Source: Euprymna scolopes (lineage: Eukaryota). From it: a stretch of 64,000 bases of DNA. This document shows positions 50,870-64,000 of the stretch, one piece after another. The stretch lies in assembly GCA_053919585.1 (NCBI GenBank), contig CM132816.1; one strand, given 5' to 3'. The notes under the pieces were generated by a model. The model had not been told where the DNA came from. It worked only from the letters and a program-made list of their open reading frames with translations, and searched no databases. Both the position numbers and the translations under genes were made by a program. The stretch's first letter is position 1. Each line of letters opens with the position of its first letter.

Positions 50870-51255
50870 TCATTTCTATTAATTTATGGCGGACTATTAT
50901 TCTCATCTTTATTAGTTGTTGTTTCACAAGGTTTCGGCCAACTATTCCTCTGGCCTTCGGGGCCCGTGGCGACTTGATAGAGACGTTTACTCTCTACAAT
51001 TCCAGATGAGCATTTTCTGAAGATAGCTGTTTCAATCCTAGCCAAAGCCGGCCAGAGGCTTATTTGACCAAAACGTGATGAGACGACAGCAACTACGGAT
51101 GGCAGTGCTTGCTGAGAATGCAGTTGGAAGATTCGAAGTTCCTATCCGTCGGGGTTACCACCCGACGAAGGCCAGAGGAATAGTTGGCCGAAACGCCGTG
51201 AAACAACAACTAATAAAGATGAGAATAATAGTCCACAATAAATAAATTAATATAA
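50870..51255 (+). mobile_element. Non-autonomous PLE derivative with inverted pLTRs containing minimal HHR
   Basis: 50890-50960 is the reverse complement of 51165-51235. The latter contains CAC-CCGACGA-AGGCCA...TGGCC-GAAAC-GCC-GTG. Confidence 0.75.
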
Positions 51256-51286
51256 ATAATACTCATCTCAATAATGAATTCAAACT

Positions 51287-51354
<68 letters not shown>

Positions 51355-51537
51355 TCATTGGTTCTCCAAAATAATAGAATACATGTAGTATAAAATTCAC
51401 AAAGAAAATCTACTTGCAGTTTTAAAAGTGGTTCGTCCTTGCTAGCTATGATATGTTAGGAGGGCAGTAAGGGATTCGGGACCATTTCATTGTTTTCACA
51501 AACGCACACGCATACACACAAACACGCACACACGCAC

Positions 51538-51583
<46 letters not shown>

Positions 51584-51902
51584 ATTATTATTATTTGAGG
51601 GTAAACAGTTACATATGTTCGCCACAAATACCCATCTGTTTCAGTCAAAGAGACTTCCTCAGGGGACTTAGAACCTCTCGGCGGCAAAACGAAGGTTGTT
51701 TGCGGGGGGGGGGAGGGCGTCGAGAAGTTATAGGTCGCCTTAGGAAGTCTCTTTAACTGAAACAGGTAGCTATTTGTAGCAACTATATATAACTGTTTAC
51801 CTTCAAATAATAATAAAAAAAATTGTTTTGCTCTTTTTATTAAGCAGTATCTAACAACTTCGTTGTCTTCATTAGTCTCGACTTTTGAACACCTCATATC
51901 TT

Positions 51903-51935
<33 letters not shown>

Positions 51936-52141
51936 ATATATATATATATTTAATCTAGGCTTACTGTTTTAAAGAGGTTAAGGAACTAATGAAGTTTGAC
52001 GAAGTTAATAAAACAGTGCTCAATACCGAAGCAGAGCAGGGTATACTCGTTATTTGTTTTAAGATAAGCAGTAATATGTTGCTACACAGTCATGAGCACG
52101 TGAAAAACAAAAAAAGGGTATATATATACTCACATATACAC

Positions 52142-52213
<72 letters not shown>

Positions 52214-52392
52214 AAAATATGTATTTGAAGCTTTAGGGTAATTATAACCCCTTAACTTCAATTAGAGGGGCATTTAGCGATTCGGGAACATTCAATTATA
52301 TCCTTCTTTAGTTAAAGCACATGTTGCTTTAATGTGGATTCTTTTACTGAACCTCAAGTCGGTAACATACAAACATCACACACACACACACA

Positions 52393-52438
<46 letters not shown>

Positions 52439-52795
52439 TATAATAATTGAAGTTAAACTCTGTAGATTCAAATATTTACAAATATATTTAAGTTTAGAAT
52501 TTATTGTTTGGAACAAGGAATATATAGAGAAAAATTATATTTATTTCTTTAATCCATGGATTTTCAATAATGGATTATATCATCAGAGGAAATGAAATGT
52601 AATTTGCAAAATGTTCAACAATAAATAAACAGATATTTTGCTTTTCAACACATATATTGAATATGTTATTTAAAAGTTATATAAATCGTGGTTAAAAGTC
52701 ATAGAAACAGGATATCAATTGGCATTTAAATATCAGAATAAGTTTAATAATTTTTAGCATATTACTGCAAGGTCGGACGAGTAGTCATCCAAGGG

Positions 52796-52874
<79 letters not shown>

Positions 52875-53888
52875 TGGGACAACCAAATATTCTNNNNNNN
52901 NNNNNNNNNNNNNNNNNNNNNNNNNNNNNNNNNNNNNNNNNNNNNNNNNNNNNNNNNNNNNNNNNNNNNNNNNNNNNNNNNNNNNNNNNNNNNNNNNNNN
53001 NNNNNNNNNNNNNNNNNNNNNNNNNNNNNNNNNNNNNNNNNNNNNNNNNNNNNNCTTAATACCACAATATACTCCGTACCCTATCATTCTACCTTAAGAC
53101 CAGCCGTAATTATTACAAGAATCGAGGTTGACTTTAATCCTATAAATGTCACATTAGTGGGTGTATCAGAGAGGCGGTAGCACTCTCTATATAGGGATGG
53201 CCCGTACACGCCTATATACGCCTACAAAACAAAACTATCCAAATCCCAACTATAATCAACTTATAAGTTTCAAAAAGCACATATTCTTACAGAGAAGCGT
53301 CTTACGAATCCAGCGAGTGCCAGAACGTCGGTTAAAATGTCAAAAGAGAGCAAAAAAAGGGTACAAAAATGGCCAATTGTTCTTCTTTCTTCTTTCTTCT
53401 TCTGCTTTCTTCTTTCTTTTGAGACGATGTATGTCGGTGTACGAACGGTCTCTGACAACAGTTCAAGCATCAATCGACTGCTCTTTACACGGAGAAGTGC
53501 AGTGACCCATCGCTTTTTAGCTAACTCCATAAGTAAATAAGATTACGTGTAATAACAAGTTTTAAACACTATATACCCAATGTAGACAGACCACTTCGAA
53601 CACGGAACTTCTCTCAAAAGGGACAGCTCCAAATAATACACCGGATGCTCACAGACGTTCCAGTTTTCCAGTGGCCTATATTTCTTGGACGCTGAATATT
53701 TGAGGTGAACGTTAAGGATTTTCTTTAAACAGTAACCCACCAGCGTTAATGAAACCACGAAATCTTTATCTCAGTTGATCAAAATTGTTATAAGAGTAAC
53801 CTATCAGCAAGTACGACGTCAAAAAACAATGTTATAAAAACAAATAAATCTTCAGATTTTGGACTGTAAAATATGTACAAAATGTCAA

Positions 53889-53960
53889 TGCTGTGGCCAG
53901 GTTTCGAACCTAGGTTAGCACGGCCACAACGTGGGGTCCTAACCACTAGACGATCACGGC
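53889..53960 (-). tRNA. tRNA-His (GTG), divergent/possible pseudogene
   Basis: GCCGTGATCGTCTAGTGGTTAGGACCCCACGTTGTGGCCGTGCTAACCTAGGTTCGAAACCTGGCCACAGCA. Cloverleaf with anticodon GTG, mismatches in the acceptor and anticodon stems, TTTT a few nt downstream. Confidence 0.88.
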
Positions 53961-54537
53961 CAACACTGACGTCTGTCGTTCTTGGCAGAAAGACACATGA
54001 CTACTGTCAAACTATTGAAAAATAAGGAGGAAACTTGAAATTCTCACGCATGCGCAAAAATACACTATAGCAACCATTGTTAAATGCAGCTGAATCTCTT
54101 CGCTCGCTAAGAAAAGTAGATCAGACCAGTTCTTCTAAGAACTCACCAAACGCCAAAGGAAATAAGTTAAATTAACCGAAATAGAAACTGCAAGAAAGTC
54201 ATCTTCTAAGAACTCACTGAAAGCTGACCAAAAAGAATCAAAATCCAAGCCCTAGCCACAAAAATAACTAGATATTGTGGCTACTATACATAATCTACTA
54301 ATAAAAACAAGTAAGTTTTCTAAAGTAAACTACAATAAATTAACCAAGTAACCTCACACTGTCACTGATTAGGACTTCATATAAAGATAACAACTACACT
54401 ATTGGTGTATATACCGTTCCACACTTTAACTATTGGTGACGGGGCAGTATCTCAATTCTACGAGAGTTGTCTTGCTATAAGATAAGTGATATTATAATAA
54501 GATACACATAAGTGTTATATGTTTACATTTAATAAAA

Positions 54538-55150
54538 ATGCCAAAGTCAGCACATAGTAAAAAAGCTCAGAGAAATATAGACTATGAAAAAAACAAAGTC
54601 AAGGTATTATCTGAGCAAAAAGAATACTATCAGAAAAATGCTGAAATTATAAAAATTTAGTATCATGCAAATCCTGAGGCAAAGAAGGCTGCCTCACGTG
54701 CTGACTCAAAATCACGGTATAACAGGGATTATGAGGAGAAAAAAGCTGCCTCACGTGCTTTTTATAACAAAGAACCAGAAAAAAGAAGGCTGCCTCACGT
54801 GCTCTTTATAACAATGAACCAGAAAAAAAGAAGGCTGCCTCACGTGCTGACTCAAAAGCACGGTATAACAGGGATTCCGAGTGAAAAAAAGCTGCCTCAC
54901 GTGCTCCTTATAACAAAGAACCAGAAAAAAGAAGGCTGCCTAACGTGCTGACTCAAAAGCACGGTATAACAGGGATTCCGAGGGAAAAAAGCTGCCTCAC
55001 GTGCTCTTTATAACAAAGAACCAGAAAAAAAGGCTGCCCCACGTGCTGACTCAAAAGCACGGTATAACAGGGATCCCAAGGGGAAAAAGCTGCCTCATGC
55101 ACAAACTATTATAAATATAAATATCAAAAACTGCCAAATCTTTGCCAAAA
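54538..55150 (+). pseudogene. Decayed ORF with Lys/Ala/Arg/Tyr-rich tandem peptide repeats
   Basis: MPKSAHSKKAQRNIDYEKNK...*YHANPEAKKAASRADSKSRYNRDYEEKKAASRAFYNKEPE. Units of 57 and 45 bp, broken by A-run indels. Confidence 0.55.
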
Positions 55151-56775
55151 CGCCAAAGAATGAACCAAGAAAAATTTAATAGTGAAGGTATGAACATTTT
55201 AGAACTTTATAATACTCTGTTTTATCAGAGAGGTTGTAGCACTCTCTATGTAATATAAAACCGATGGAGGACCAAGAGGCAACTCCTAAGGCCCAAAACC
55301 CAAAGACCTAAAACCCAGCAGGAAGCGACCTGCTACTAATGGAGGCGGCAATGAGCCGCCTCCTAAAAAAGACAATACTTTCATGAATGTAAGTTTAAAA
55401 ATAAGACTGTAAGTAAAAATACTAATTAACAAGAATAAAAAAGCATTGGAAATGCAAAAGGATATAGGGATGGTATGCCAAAAAGTATACAAACAAGATA
55501 GCTATTAATGGCTAGGCACATGGAAATAGAATTGCATCCAAAGTATAGCCCTATAGCTTTTTACAACCGTAATCTGTATATATCTAAATCTCGGTTGCTA
55601 TTACTTAATGCAAACTACGTATCGAAACATGTGATTTTTAATCACGTTTTCTTTATTAAAATCTGTAATTTTGAAACCTATTTTTGTGCATTTCTGAAAT
55701 TCCTTTAGTCAAAATCACTTTTCCGCTTTTTTGTTTATTGTTCTCTAAGAGTAGTCCTAATTTCCAAATATCTACAAACATATTTGTCTTTGTACAAAAA
55801 CTTATTCGGTACACCAAAAAATAATAATTATCTGAAAGTTTTACTTTTGATAATAAGAGTCGATATTTCTAATCAGCAAGGTACTCAGTGTCGCCCCAGC
55901 CTTATTTTACAATATTGTTTGTGTCTTCTTCATCGTAGGAAATGCAAGAAAACATGCATAAAATCTAAAAGTGTATTCTATTGTAACTGGGGAAGATAAG
56001 TTTTCTCGGATCTTAAAGTGCACCCTTAATAGATCTGTATGTTTATAGAACCTTAAAATGTAAATTACGCCCTATTCTGATTACACTTAAATCATATGGA
56101 TACATGTTTATGAGAAGACGATGGAAGTGTTCCGAATCTCTACGTGTCCTATATGTGGCAAATATTTAGGTGATCCTACATCTGAATGTGAAAGTGCATT
56201 AAGATTTTGAATACGTATATCATATTCTAATGTAATGTTAACCATATTTCTAGAGATGTTTTTAACATGTCAGTTTCATACTATTATATATGAGGCAAAA
56301 TGGAAGGATGGAGCAGCATAAACCAACAAAGGTTTATGAACGCAATGAAAATTCATATAGAAGTGATCCACATTCTTTTCCTGATAACGTCGGATTTTCA
56401 TTCAAATACAGATATAAAACAGAAAATAAGTAATTGTATGATATGAATTTTGCTGATTTAAGCCGCATGCCGGAAGTTATACCAGAAGGAAGTATAATAC
56501 TGGAAGCGGAAACCAGTGGGCGTTTTTCTCGTCTTTAGGTGGAAACATCGTAGAGACTGGCCTTTAAACTTGTGGCCCCCATTTAGTATTAATCAATAAT
56601 CGTGACGGGATACAGATACTGGTTTTGCAATTCAAATCTCTTTGCTTTAGAGCAACAGGGGCCACAACATGGATAAATTCTATCAAATGAATAGGAATTC
56701 TTTTTACGCTGAAGAAAGTAAAAAAGGTGCTTGATAAAAAACAGTCATTCTAGTTGTTATTTATTTTCACAAATC

Positions 56776-56840
56776 ATATCATATCTATCATATCTCATAT
56801 CATATCTCATATCATATCATATCATATATTATATCTCATA
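56776..56840. repeat. (ATCAT)n-like repeat
   Basis: Degenerate pentamer run. Confidence 0.8.
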
Positions 56841-57074
56841 TAGCTCAAGGGCCACTCGAATGTAACGGTTAATGAGTGTAAGATGACTGATTAAACAGTA
56901 CCGTGATGATCCTTAATAGTGGATATTGGTATGATTTTAATGCGGCAGGCATCTCAGAATTAATGCCTCCTATTTTTATTCCGCAAGTATGGATAAGACG
57001 GAATGTAAATTACATTGTTCTGATGAGTTGACATATGCATGTATGAAGGTTTTCTCCCTCTCTCTTTTTCTGTT

Positions 57075-57356
57075 GCCTATATTTACGGCGTGAGACTCAA
57101 AAGAAAGACAAAACAGTTCCTCATCCGCCTTATAGTTCAGACCTTGCCACTTCTGCCCTTTTCTTATTCCCTAAGTTCAAACAAAACCTTAGAGGCTGTC
57201 GGGCTGAGACAATTGATGAGATTAAAGTTGTTGTGACGGGAATCATTGGCACACTAGCACAAAAGGACTCCAATGGGCCCTTCCAGAAGTTGTTGGAGCG
57301 TCCAATAAAAGTACCCATATGAAAAAAGTCTGGCAACTTATTGAAGGCATGTAGTA
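57075..57356 (+). mobile_element. mariner 3' fragment (same family as 14245-15141)
   Basis: TVPHPPYSSDLATSALFLFP motif. Terminus AAAAAAGTCTGGCAACTTATTGAAGGCATGTAGTA. Confidence 0.8.
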
Positions 57357-57914
57357 TCTAACTGGCATACATGTAGATGATGGTGCCATGGTTAATGTAC
57401 TTTTCGGAACCGTGCAAGGACCCACCTATTTTTCCAGCAGCTGAGCAACAGCTTTGACATAATTGCGACCGTTACACATACTAGAAAATGCAGCCAGACA
57501 TACAAACCTTTTGCTATAAATAGAAATAAACAGTTGGAAATATTATTAAAGATGTTATATTATTGAAGTATTCAGGGGTATAAGAGTTCTAAGAAATTGT
57601 TTGAAAATAACCAGTTATTTCGGTGACACCCTATACAAATGAGATACTTCACGCGAGGGCAATTAATATGTCCTTCAGTGTTTGAAGAGGTTCTGCGCTG
57701 AAGGAAGGTCTCCTAGAGGCATGCATGGTGCGTTAAGACACGCATAGAAGCAACATGTATCAATGTGTATATTAATGTAAAGTGCATTAGATGCAGAGGT
57801 AAATGACGCGTAAGAAGAAACGGGATTATTCTTCATGTAATGGTTTCAAAGCTCAGGTGATAATAAAAGTTAGATCGGCGTATTAAAAATAAATAATATT
57901 GTTTATTTTCATGC

Positions 57915-58470
57915 ATATGGGGGTGTTCAATATTTACTTTCTATTTTTATCTGTATTTAGTGAATTTTAATGAATTTTTATATTTTTCAGGTGTATATGA
58001 ATAAAGTTGACTTAAAAATTACTTTCGACAATATGCCCTATGATTTACCGAATCGATTAGTCATTGTACAGGTATTCAAATCCGGAAAGCCTGCAGAAAA
58101 CATTGCGAAGACGTTAAATGTGAACTGGATTTTGGTGTGGAGACGTTTTAAATAAACTGGTGAAATCAGGACATTTAAGTGGAGAGTAAAATCTCAGCTT
58201 CCCAGCATATTAATTTGGAGGATCTGAAGAGGAAATTAAGAGAGGAATGCGCGAAAATACCAGAAAAAATCATTTGTGACTCGTGTAAAGAATTCGCCAA
58301 GTGTTTGAAGCAGGTTATGATACATGGGACGGTTACATTGAATAGATTTTGTATATTTTGAACCTAGTTAAAGTATTGCATATATTTACGTTTGGGGGAT
58401 CTGTATTGTTTATTTCTTTTAATGAATATTGGCAAAAACTTCGTAACGTTAATTATGAAAACCCCTCTAA
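57915..58470 (+). mobile_element. Tc1/maT-like transposon, internally deleted
   Basis: HTH-like IVQVFKSGKPAENIAKTLNVN followed by C-terminal HINLEDLKRKLREECAKIP..IICDSC..F..CLKQV. Weak GGGGTGTTCA / TGAAAACCCC termini. Confidence 0.65.
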
Positions 58471-58572
58471 TACAGTTAAAACATTTTTATAAGTTTTTTG
58501 TAAAGATAGGAAAGTATCTACGTTTTTAAATTGGAGATGAGTACAAAAATCGTAAATTTAAAATTGCATTTT

Positions 58573-58856
58573 AGTTGGTTGGTTGGTTGGTTGTTTTAGT
58601 TTTACGGCATATCCACCCTTTTCGGGTTATTTGATGCCGAATCCAAAGATTTTGAAGAAAAAAAATTTAATAGAATATATTTGTTGTTTTCAAGTCGGTT
58701 TCTATTTAACCCATAGTTGGAACCCTAACAGGTACTACCACTCTGGGTCAGAGTGGACCTGGGAGCAATGGTAATTAAAGGGTGGCTCCACACTCCCCAA
58801 AGCCCGCAAGCTGGGGCCTCACCACTGGATATAGTTTAAGGTCATATCCAGGACCA
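58573..58856. mobile_element. Short interspersed repeat (family also at 12868-13320, interrupted by the MITE)
   Basis: (GGTT)n then TTTACGGCATATCCACCCTTTTCGGGTTATTTGATGCCGAATC, versus TTTATGGCATATCAAC|...|TTTTGGTTTATTTAATGCCAAATC. Confidence 0.55.
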
Positions 58857-59339
58857 AATTGCATTTTGAAAATAATAAAAAAACTCTGTGTTTTTATAAG
58901 CTTTATAAATAAACGAATTTTGCTCTCTGTAATTATATTCCAGCCTTCAACAAACTTATAAATGTTTCAGTTGTAAAGTTCTTTAGGTCTTGGTATGAAA
59001 TATGAATCTGACTCTAGATCTATCTTCTCGCAAAATATAAACCTAAGCCATCTAAATACATTTTTATAATCCTCTAAATAAGTGATAATCCAAGGACGCT
59101 ATCTCAGAACGATAAGATGAAACAAGATTTTCCCATCAAATTCTCGTTGGAGATCTGTAATCAAAGCAACCATTCAGCGTGGCCTTTTTTTTTTAGTGCA
59201 ATTCCAGCTTCGGAAATTGTTGTAGAGCTTCGTCGGCGTCTAAGCACTAAGCTGTGTGCCCCAAGTTTTCGTAAGGAGCCTACTTTTCATCGCAAGTTAC
59301 AACTCGGTAAAAAAAAAAAAAAAAAACGGGTCGATATTG

Positions 59340-59940
59340 TTGCGTAAAAGAAGGGAAGATGACACTATATCATGACGTTTCTTTTAGTTATTAAATTCAT
59401 TAGGCACCCATTCATCAAATATTTTTGTCTTTCCAATCTCTGTCAAGTTGATGGAAATCGTCATATACACCATGTCTAATTCCAAAGCAAGTTCTTGAAA
59501 AGTTGTGCATAGATTGGCTTCGACTAAATACTCCCAATTTGTCGTTGTCAACATTCGATGGCCAACCACTGCACTCATAATCTTCAAGACTCTCGTCGCC
59601 GCCACGAAATATGTTAAACAACGATAGTGCTGTGCGTTCTCTAGTGGTTCCTAACCAAACGCTTCCTGATATCGCGTGCTGTTTCGGCAATTTTTATTCC
59701 TGGCTAGAACTGAAATAAGAAAATTATGCGAATTTGGTATTTTTCAATCTTGTATTCAGCGTTCTGAAAAGAACGCATAATTTTTTTACAATGATTGCAA
59801 TTTACATGAATAGATCTGGTTAAAACGCTCTTTAAAATAATATATAAAGTAACGGTAGTATAATGAAAGTCTTTTTTTGAAAATACATCAGTTGAAAGCA
59901 AAATGAAAATTCCGCAAGAACATTCGTGTCAACCTTATAA
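59340..59940 (-). mobile_element. mariner 5' half, decayed
   Basis: FRGGDESLEDYECSGWPSNVDNDKL and WVPNE (WVPHEL motif). Terminus TTATAAGGTTGACAC. Confidence 0.85.
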
Positions 59941-60456
59941 AAAGTATTCTCAGTGTTCATATGAATTTTTCATTCTGGCCTGCTCAGTTCGATTTCAAGA
60001 ACTCGAATCCCCTGCTCTCTCGATTTTAGTCTTTTGTAACGTGTTTTTGGAGGCGAAGTCTCATTGATATGTAGATCAATGCATATCAACCTACAAGGTA
60101 ATTCTCTTTGAGAACGAACATTATCATCATGGAATATTCCTTAATTAGTTCTGATGAAAGACGACAGGGGATAATACCACAGAAAAATCTGAATGGTGCT
60201 TTAATAAATCCAAAGAAAAATTATAAAGTAATCATGTTAATATGTTTTAATAAGAAAATTAAATTCATTACGATGATCTAAAATATCACTTCAATAAGTC
60301 AATATTTTTCAACTACATTATATAAATTCTTAACACAACAAAGTAGTGGAATGTGGAGGGCAGTACTCTCCCGCAGAGAAATGAAAATAAGAATCCAAGG
60401 TAGGATTGACACAAAAATATACTCGCATATGTAAAAATATACCCTAATTTATATTA

Positions 60457-60881
60457 TCTATATATGTATAAAAGTGAAAGTGTATGTGTGTGTATCTGTT
60501 TGTCTGCGAACATTTCCCTACACAATATCTCTGTCAATTTTCAGTCTACAGACTCGAAATTTGATATACAGGGTACTGAGATTAAGGAAAAACTTTGTGA
60601 TTAGTTTTCGGCCAGAATTTTGCTGTTAAGGGGTCAAAGTTCAACAATTTGACCTTTAAGAACTCTATCAAACTCGTCCACCAATTTTGGGTCTAAAAAC
60701 TTGAAATTTTAGATATAGGTTTTTTGGACATGGATCTAACTTAATAACTTGATTTAAGCCCAAAACAATAAATATTAAGGGGGCGTAATGAGGGTCAAAT
60801 TTAAAAAGAATTGACTGCTTTCTTTCTTTTTGTTCAACATATACCTTCAAACATCCGGGCAACGCCGGGCCGAAATGCTAG
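60457..60881 (+). mobile_element. Non-autonomous Helitron (family A), full length 425 bp
   Basis: A|TCTATATATGTATAAAAGTGAAAG...CCGGGCAACGCCGGG..CTAG|T. Confidence 0.9.
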
Positions 60882-61293
60882 TATATATGAAAGTGAGAAT
60901 AACTTTTTTTTGATTGTGGGTAAATTTTTAACTTTAGCTCCATCTCAACATGACGACTTTAAAAGGTTTTCGACAATGCTGATAAATAAAATCTCATTTT
61001 AATTTGGAAAAGACAAGTACTTTACAATGGTTGGGAGTATCTATTCAGAAAGCCTTTCTCAACATGAGGCAGTTGGAGGTTGTTTATTCCGAAAGCCGTT
61101 CTTAAAATGGGGAGGTTTATGGTGTGTATTCCGAACGTCGTTTAAAACATGCGCAAGTCGGGGTGTCAATTTCGAACGCCGTTCTTACAATGAAGACGTC
61201 GGTGGTTTACCACTAACAACAACCGTACTTGAATATTTTACAGGGTGGGGGCGCCTGAGTCAACCGGGCAACGGCGATTAACGGGTCCTCTAG
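60882..61293 (+). mobile_element. Second Helitron-like unit, head-to-tail
   Basis: Begins TATATATGAAAGTGAG (family A-like 5' end), ends CCGGGCAACGGCG...CTCTAG|T, with a different body. Confidence 0.6.
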
Positions 61294-61303
61294 TATATGT
61301 GTA

Positions 61304-61354
<51 letters not shown>

Positions 61355-61921
61355 GCAATTTGCTCATTGTTCATATATATATATATAGCTTATTTGTCTT
61401 GCCATCTTCCAATTATTTCTATCTCTAGCAGAATTTCATTTTCTCATTACATACCGCCCCCCTACAACAACTACATGAGGGGGGGGCGCCCACCTTTGAG
61501 TCCCTGTGAATACCAAACAGTATTAACCTATTTTTTAACCAGTCTCTAATTGCAACCGAAACGTAAGAGGGAAGATATCGACAAGCACAAGTAATACGCT
61601 GTTCACAGCATCAACAGCGGCTGCAGCAGGATTATCTTCGAGTCACAGTCGTTCCCCGACCTCGGGGTCCGGACACAATCTGAGTTTTGTCAGTTTACGC
61701 TATCAGATCTCCCTTGTCTTGCAATAAACGAAGCACCCTCTTAATTGAAAATGAAACTGTTTTCTCCATTTCATAATCGACTGCAGACGTGCTTTCAATT
61801 TTCTGCGAAGAATGATATAGTCATTATCTGCCCATTATACAACAGCATACATGTTATTGGTCGGCATGCTCACATACACATATGTGTGCGTGTTCGTGTG
61901 TGTATATATGTGGGTGTGTGA

Positions 61922-61962
<41 letters not shown>

Positions 61963-62074
61963 CGCTTATGCATAGATATGCATACTTATAATAAAGAAGT
62001 GGTAGTCGGCATATATGCATATATCTATATATATGCATATATACGTATATATATATATATATATATGATTTTGC

Positions 62075-62106
<32 letters not shown>

Positions 62107-62814
62107 TTGTGTGGGTGTGTTCCTGTATGTGTGTTCACGCGCGCTGTTTGGATTTGCGCGCGCTGTGCGTGTTTTCGTGTGTGCCCGCTTGCGATGTATG
62201 TTTTTATAAGTTTTTAAAGGAAGAGGAACGAAAATATAACTGCGTATATTTTCTTTATTTCCTATTTCCGCTCGTTTGACTCTTTCTCCTCTTAATCATT
62301 TTACTTTTTTTATTTTTTTTTGTTTTGTTTTATATTATTCTTGTTTAATTATACAATTTCTCTTCTTATTCTTTTTCTGCTTTTTCTCTTACCTATTTAT
62401 TCCATCGCTTTTGTTTTCGTCCTCATCATTTCTGGTTTCTCCTTGAAGTTATATTTCTTACTTTACTTCTTTCTAGTCTCATACTTCCAGTTTTCCTCTT
62501 TTCACCCCCGTTTCCAATCACCTTTTTGTCCTCCCTTACTATTCTTTCGTCATCATAATATTCTTCATCTTCATTAAAAATTTCTCTTCTTCATCTTTTT
62601 ATCTTACTTTTCGTTACCTTTCTGTTTTATCGCATCCTCCTTCTCTTCAACATCTTCACGTTTTCAATGTTTTTTCTCATTCGATTTTTTTCTTATCAAT
62701 TATGTAGTTTGTGTTATCTGTACGCATTCTTTTATTTCTTTATTTCAATTTAGTATGTTTCCTCTTAATCTCCGTTCTTTCTTTTCTATTTTCTGTTATT
62801 TTCCTTTCCCCATT

Positions 62815-62905
62815 CCTCATCGTCTTCATCTTCACCTTTATCTTCATCTTCATCTTCACCTTTATCTTCATCTACATTTTCACCTTTATCTTCATCTTCA
62901 TCATC
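62815..62905. repeat. (CTTCAT)n-like low-complexity repeat
   Basis: Hexamer-based pyrimidine-rich run. Confidence 0.85.
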
Positions 62906-63789
62906 TTTCCCCCTCTTCACGTGACTTTATTGTTCCGACTTCTGGATTCCTGTTTTCATATTCTAAAGTTGATGAACGTTTCGTCTCTTATATAGATACA
63001 AAACACATCATTGACTTGCTGATGTCTCTTTTCGGAATTGGTGCATAATGCACGCTTCATTAAACTTTTATTATTCAGATTTTTTTTTTTACAAATTTAA
63101 ACATGCTGGTAAAGTAAACGTCAATATTTGATATTTAAAAAAAATGTCATTATCATCAAAATTAACGAACTAAATATAAAAATAATTCCAGTTACATTTA
63201 ACTACGATTTATAGGTTTCTACATTTAAAAACTTAGAATGTTTCCAATACATTTTTGGAACACACAGCATTTGCGGTACACGCTTTTTCTTCGAACAAGG
63301 TAACCATCTGTTAGTGATTGCATTGCTTAAAATGAGTATATTTGTTTGTATGGATTCTCGTACTAGACAATAACCGTACTAAAACTGGAGACTCAAGCCA
63401 AATATCTTTTATCTATTAGCTAGGCATAGAAATAATATCCATGCGCCTCTTTAAAGACAGCCAGTGCTGGGCCTTATTTTTTAAAATAATAATATACACC
63501 CCATACCATCATATATTTCTCTCTGTCTGAGCAAAAGTCGTACACTCGCTTCCCCCCTCCTCATTTCACGCAGCTAATCTGAGCAGTTCTTCTCTGAAAA
63601 TTGAGAGGACATATTTGAAAGAACCTCTGGTTGTTAGTTAAACAGGTAGTACAAGTGCTCTAACTATTAGCTAGCACTTAGGACAGCTGTTCTATAAACA
63701 TTTGTACAATACAAGGATAACTGTAGTTTAAGGTTTTGCAACTAATCGGACTTCGTAAGTATCTTCGCTGGATTAAAAATTAAAAATGC

Positions 63790-63982
63790 TGCCAAGAATA
63801 AGCGTTTTTCCTTCAATCATAACCAGGAACCTTCTCAACCACCAATAGCAATGGCCAAAGACACATTACCTAAAAGTACTTCTTTTAAACTCCTCGGCCT
63901 AACGTTTCCAGGGAACATGAGTTGGAGCAGTTACATTGAGAGCATTGCCAAGACCGCTGCGAAGAATGTAGGCACTCTCTAA
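63790..63982 (+). mobile_element. CR1/L2-group LINE fragment
   Basis: PPIAMAKDTLPKSTSFKLLGLTFPGNMSWSSYIESIAKTAAKNVG is nearly identical to the 512-aa ORF. Confidence 0.9.
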
Positions 63983-64000
63983 AGTATCTTGTAATTCGCT

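Noticed and set aside
54680-55097. Conserved 18-bp repeat with spacers resembling a CRISPR array
   Set aside because: The spacers are of only two recurring types and keep codon periodicity.
61560-61745. GC-rich stretch open in several frames
   Set aside because: No recognisable protein similarity or convincing splice sites.

Overview
AT-rich eukaryotic (invertebrate animal) genomic DNA from a gapped scaffold with many N-runs. The tRNA-His sequence is of the arthropod type, which is only a tentative taxonomic hint. No host protein-coding gene can be supported. The window is dominated by repeats. Retroelements: CR1/L2-group LINEs (one 5'-truncated copy with an intact 512-aa RT ORF at 47807-49345), a decayed L1/Tx1-type LINE, an RTE fragment, several Penelope-like element (PLE) remnants and a 5S-derived SINE3. 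DNA transposons: Tc1/mariner relics, a hAT-type MITE and a family of ~425-bp non-autonomous Helitrons that often sit head-to-tail. There is also a divergent tRNA-His gene, plus mini- and microsatellites. The most notable signal is about nine hammerhead-ribozyme (HHR) motifs. The best example is a 540-bp element (27927-28466) with two identical 194-bp direct repeats, each joining a tRNA-like Pol III promoter (A/B boxes) to a complete type-I HHR with a palindromic stem III. Its predicted cleavage-to-cleavage monomer is 346 nt and has no TTTT Pol III terminator. It looks like a Pol III-driven, SINE-headed retrozyme-like element probably mobilised by PLEs. Two sequence-unrelated tRNA-head+HHR fusions occur nearby. 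All calls were made by eye, without database searches.
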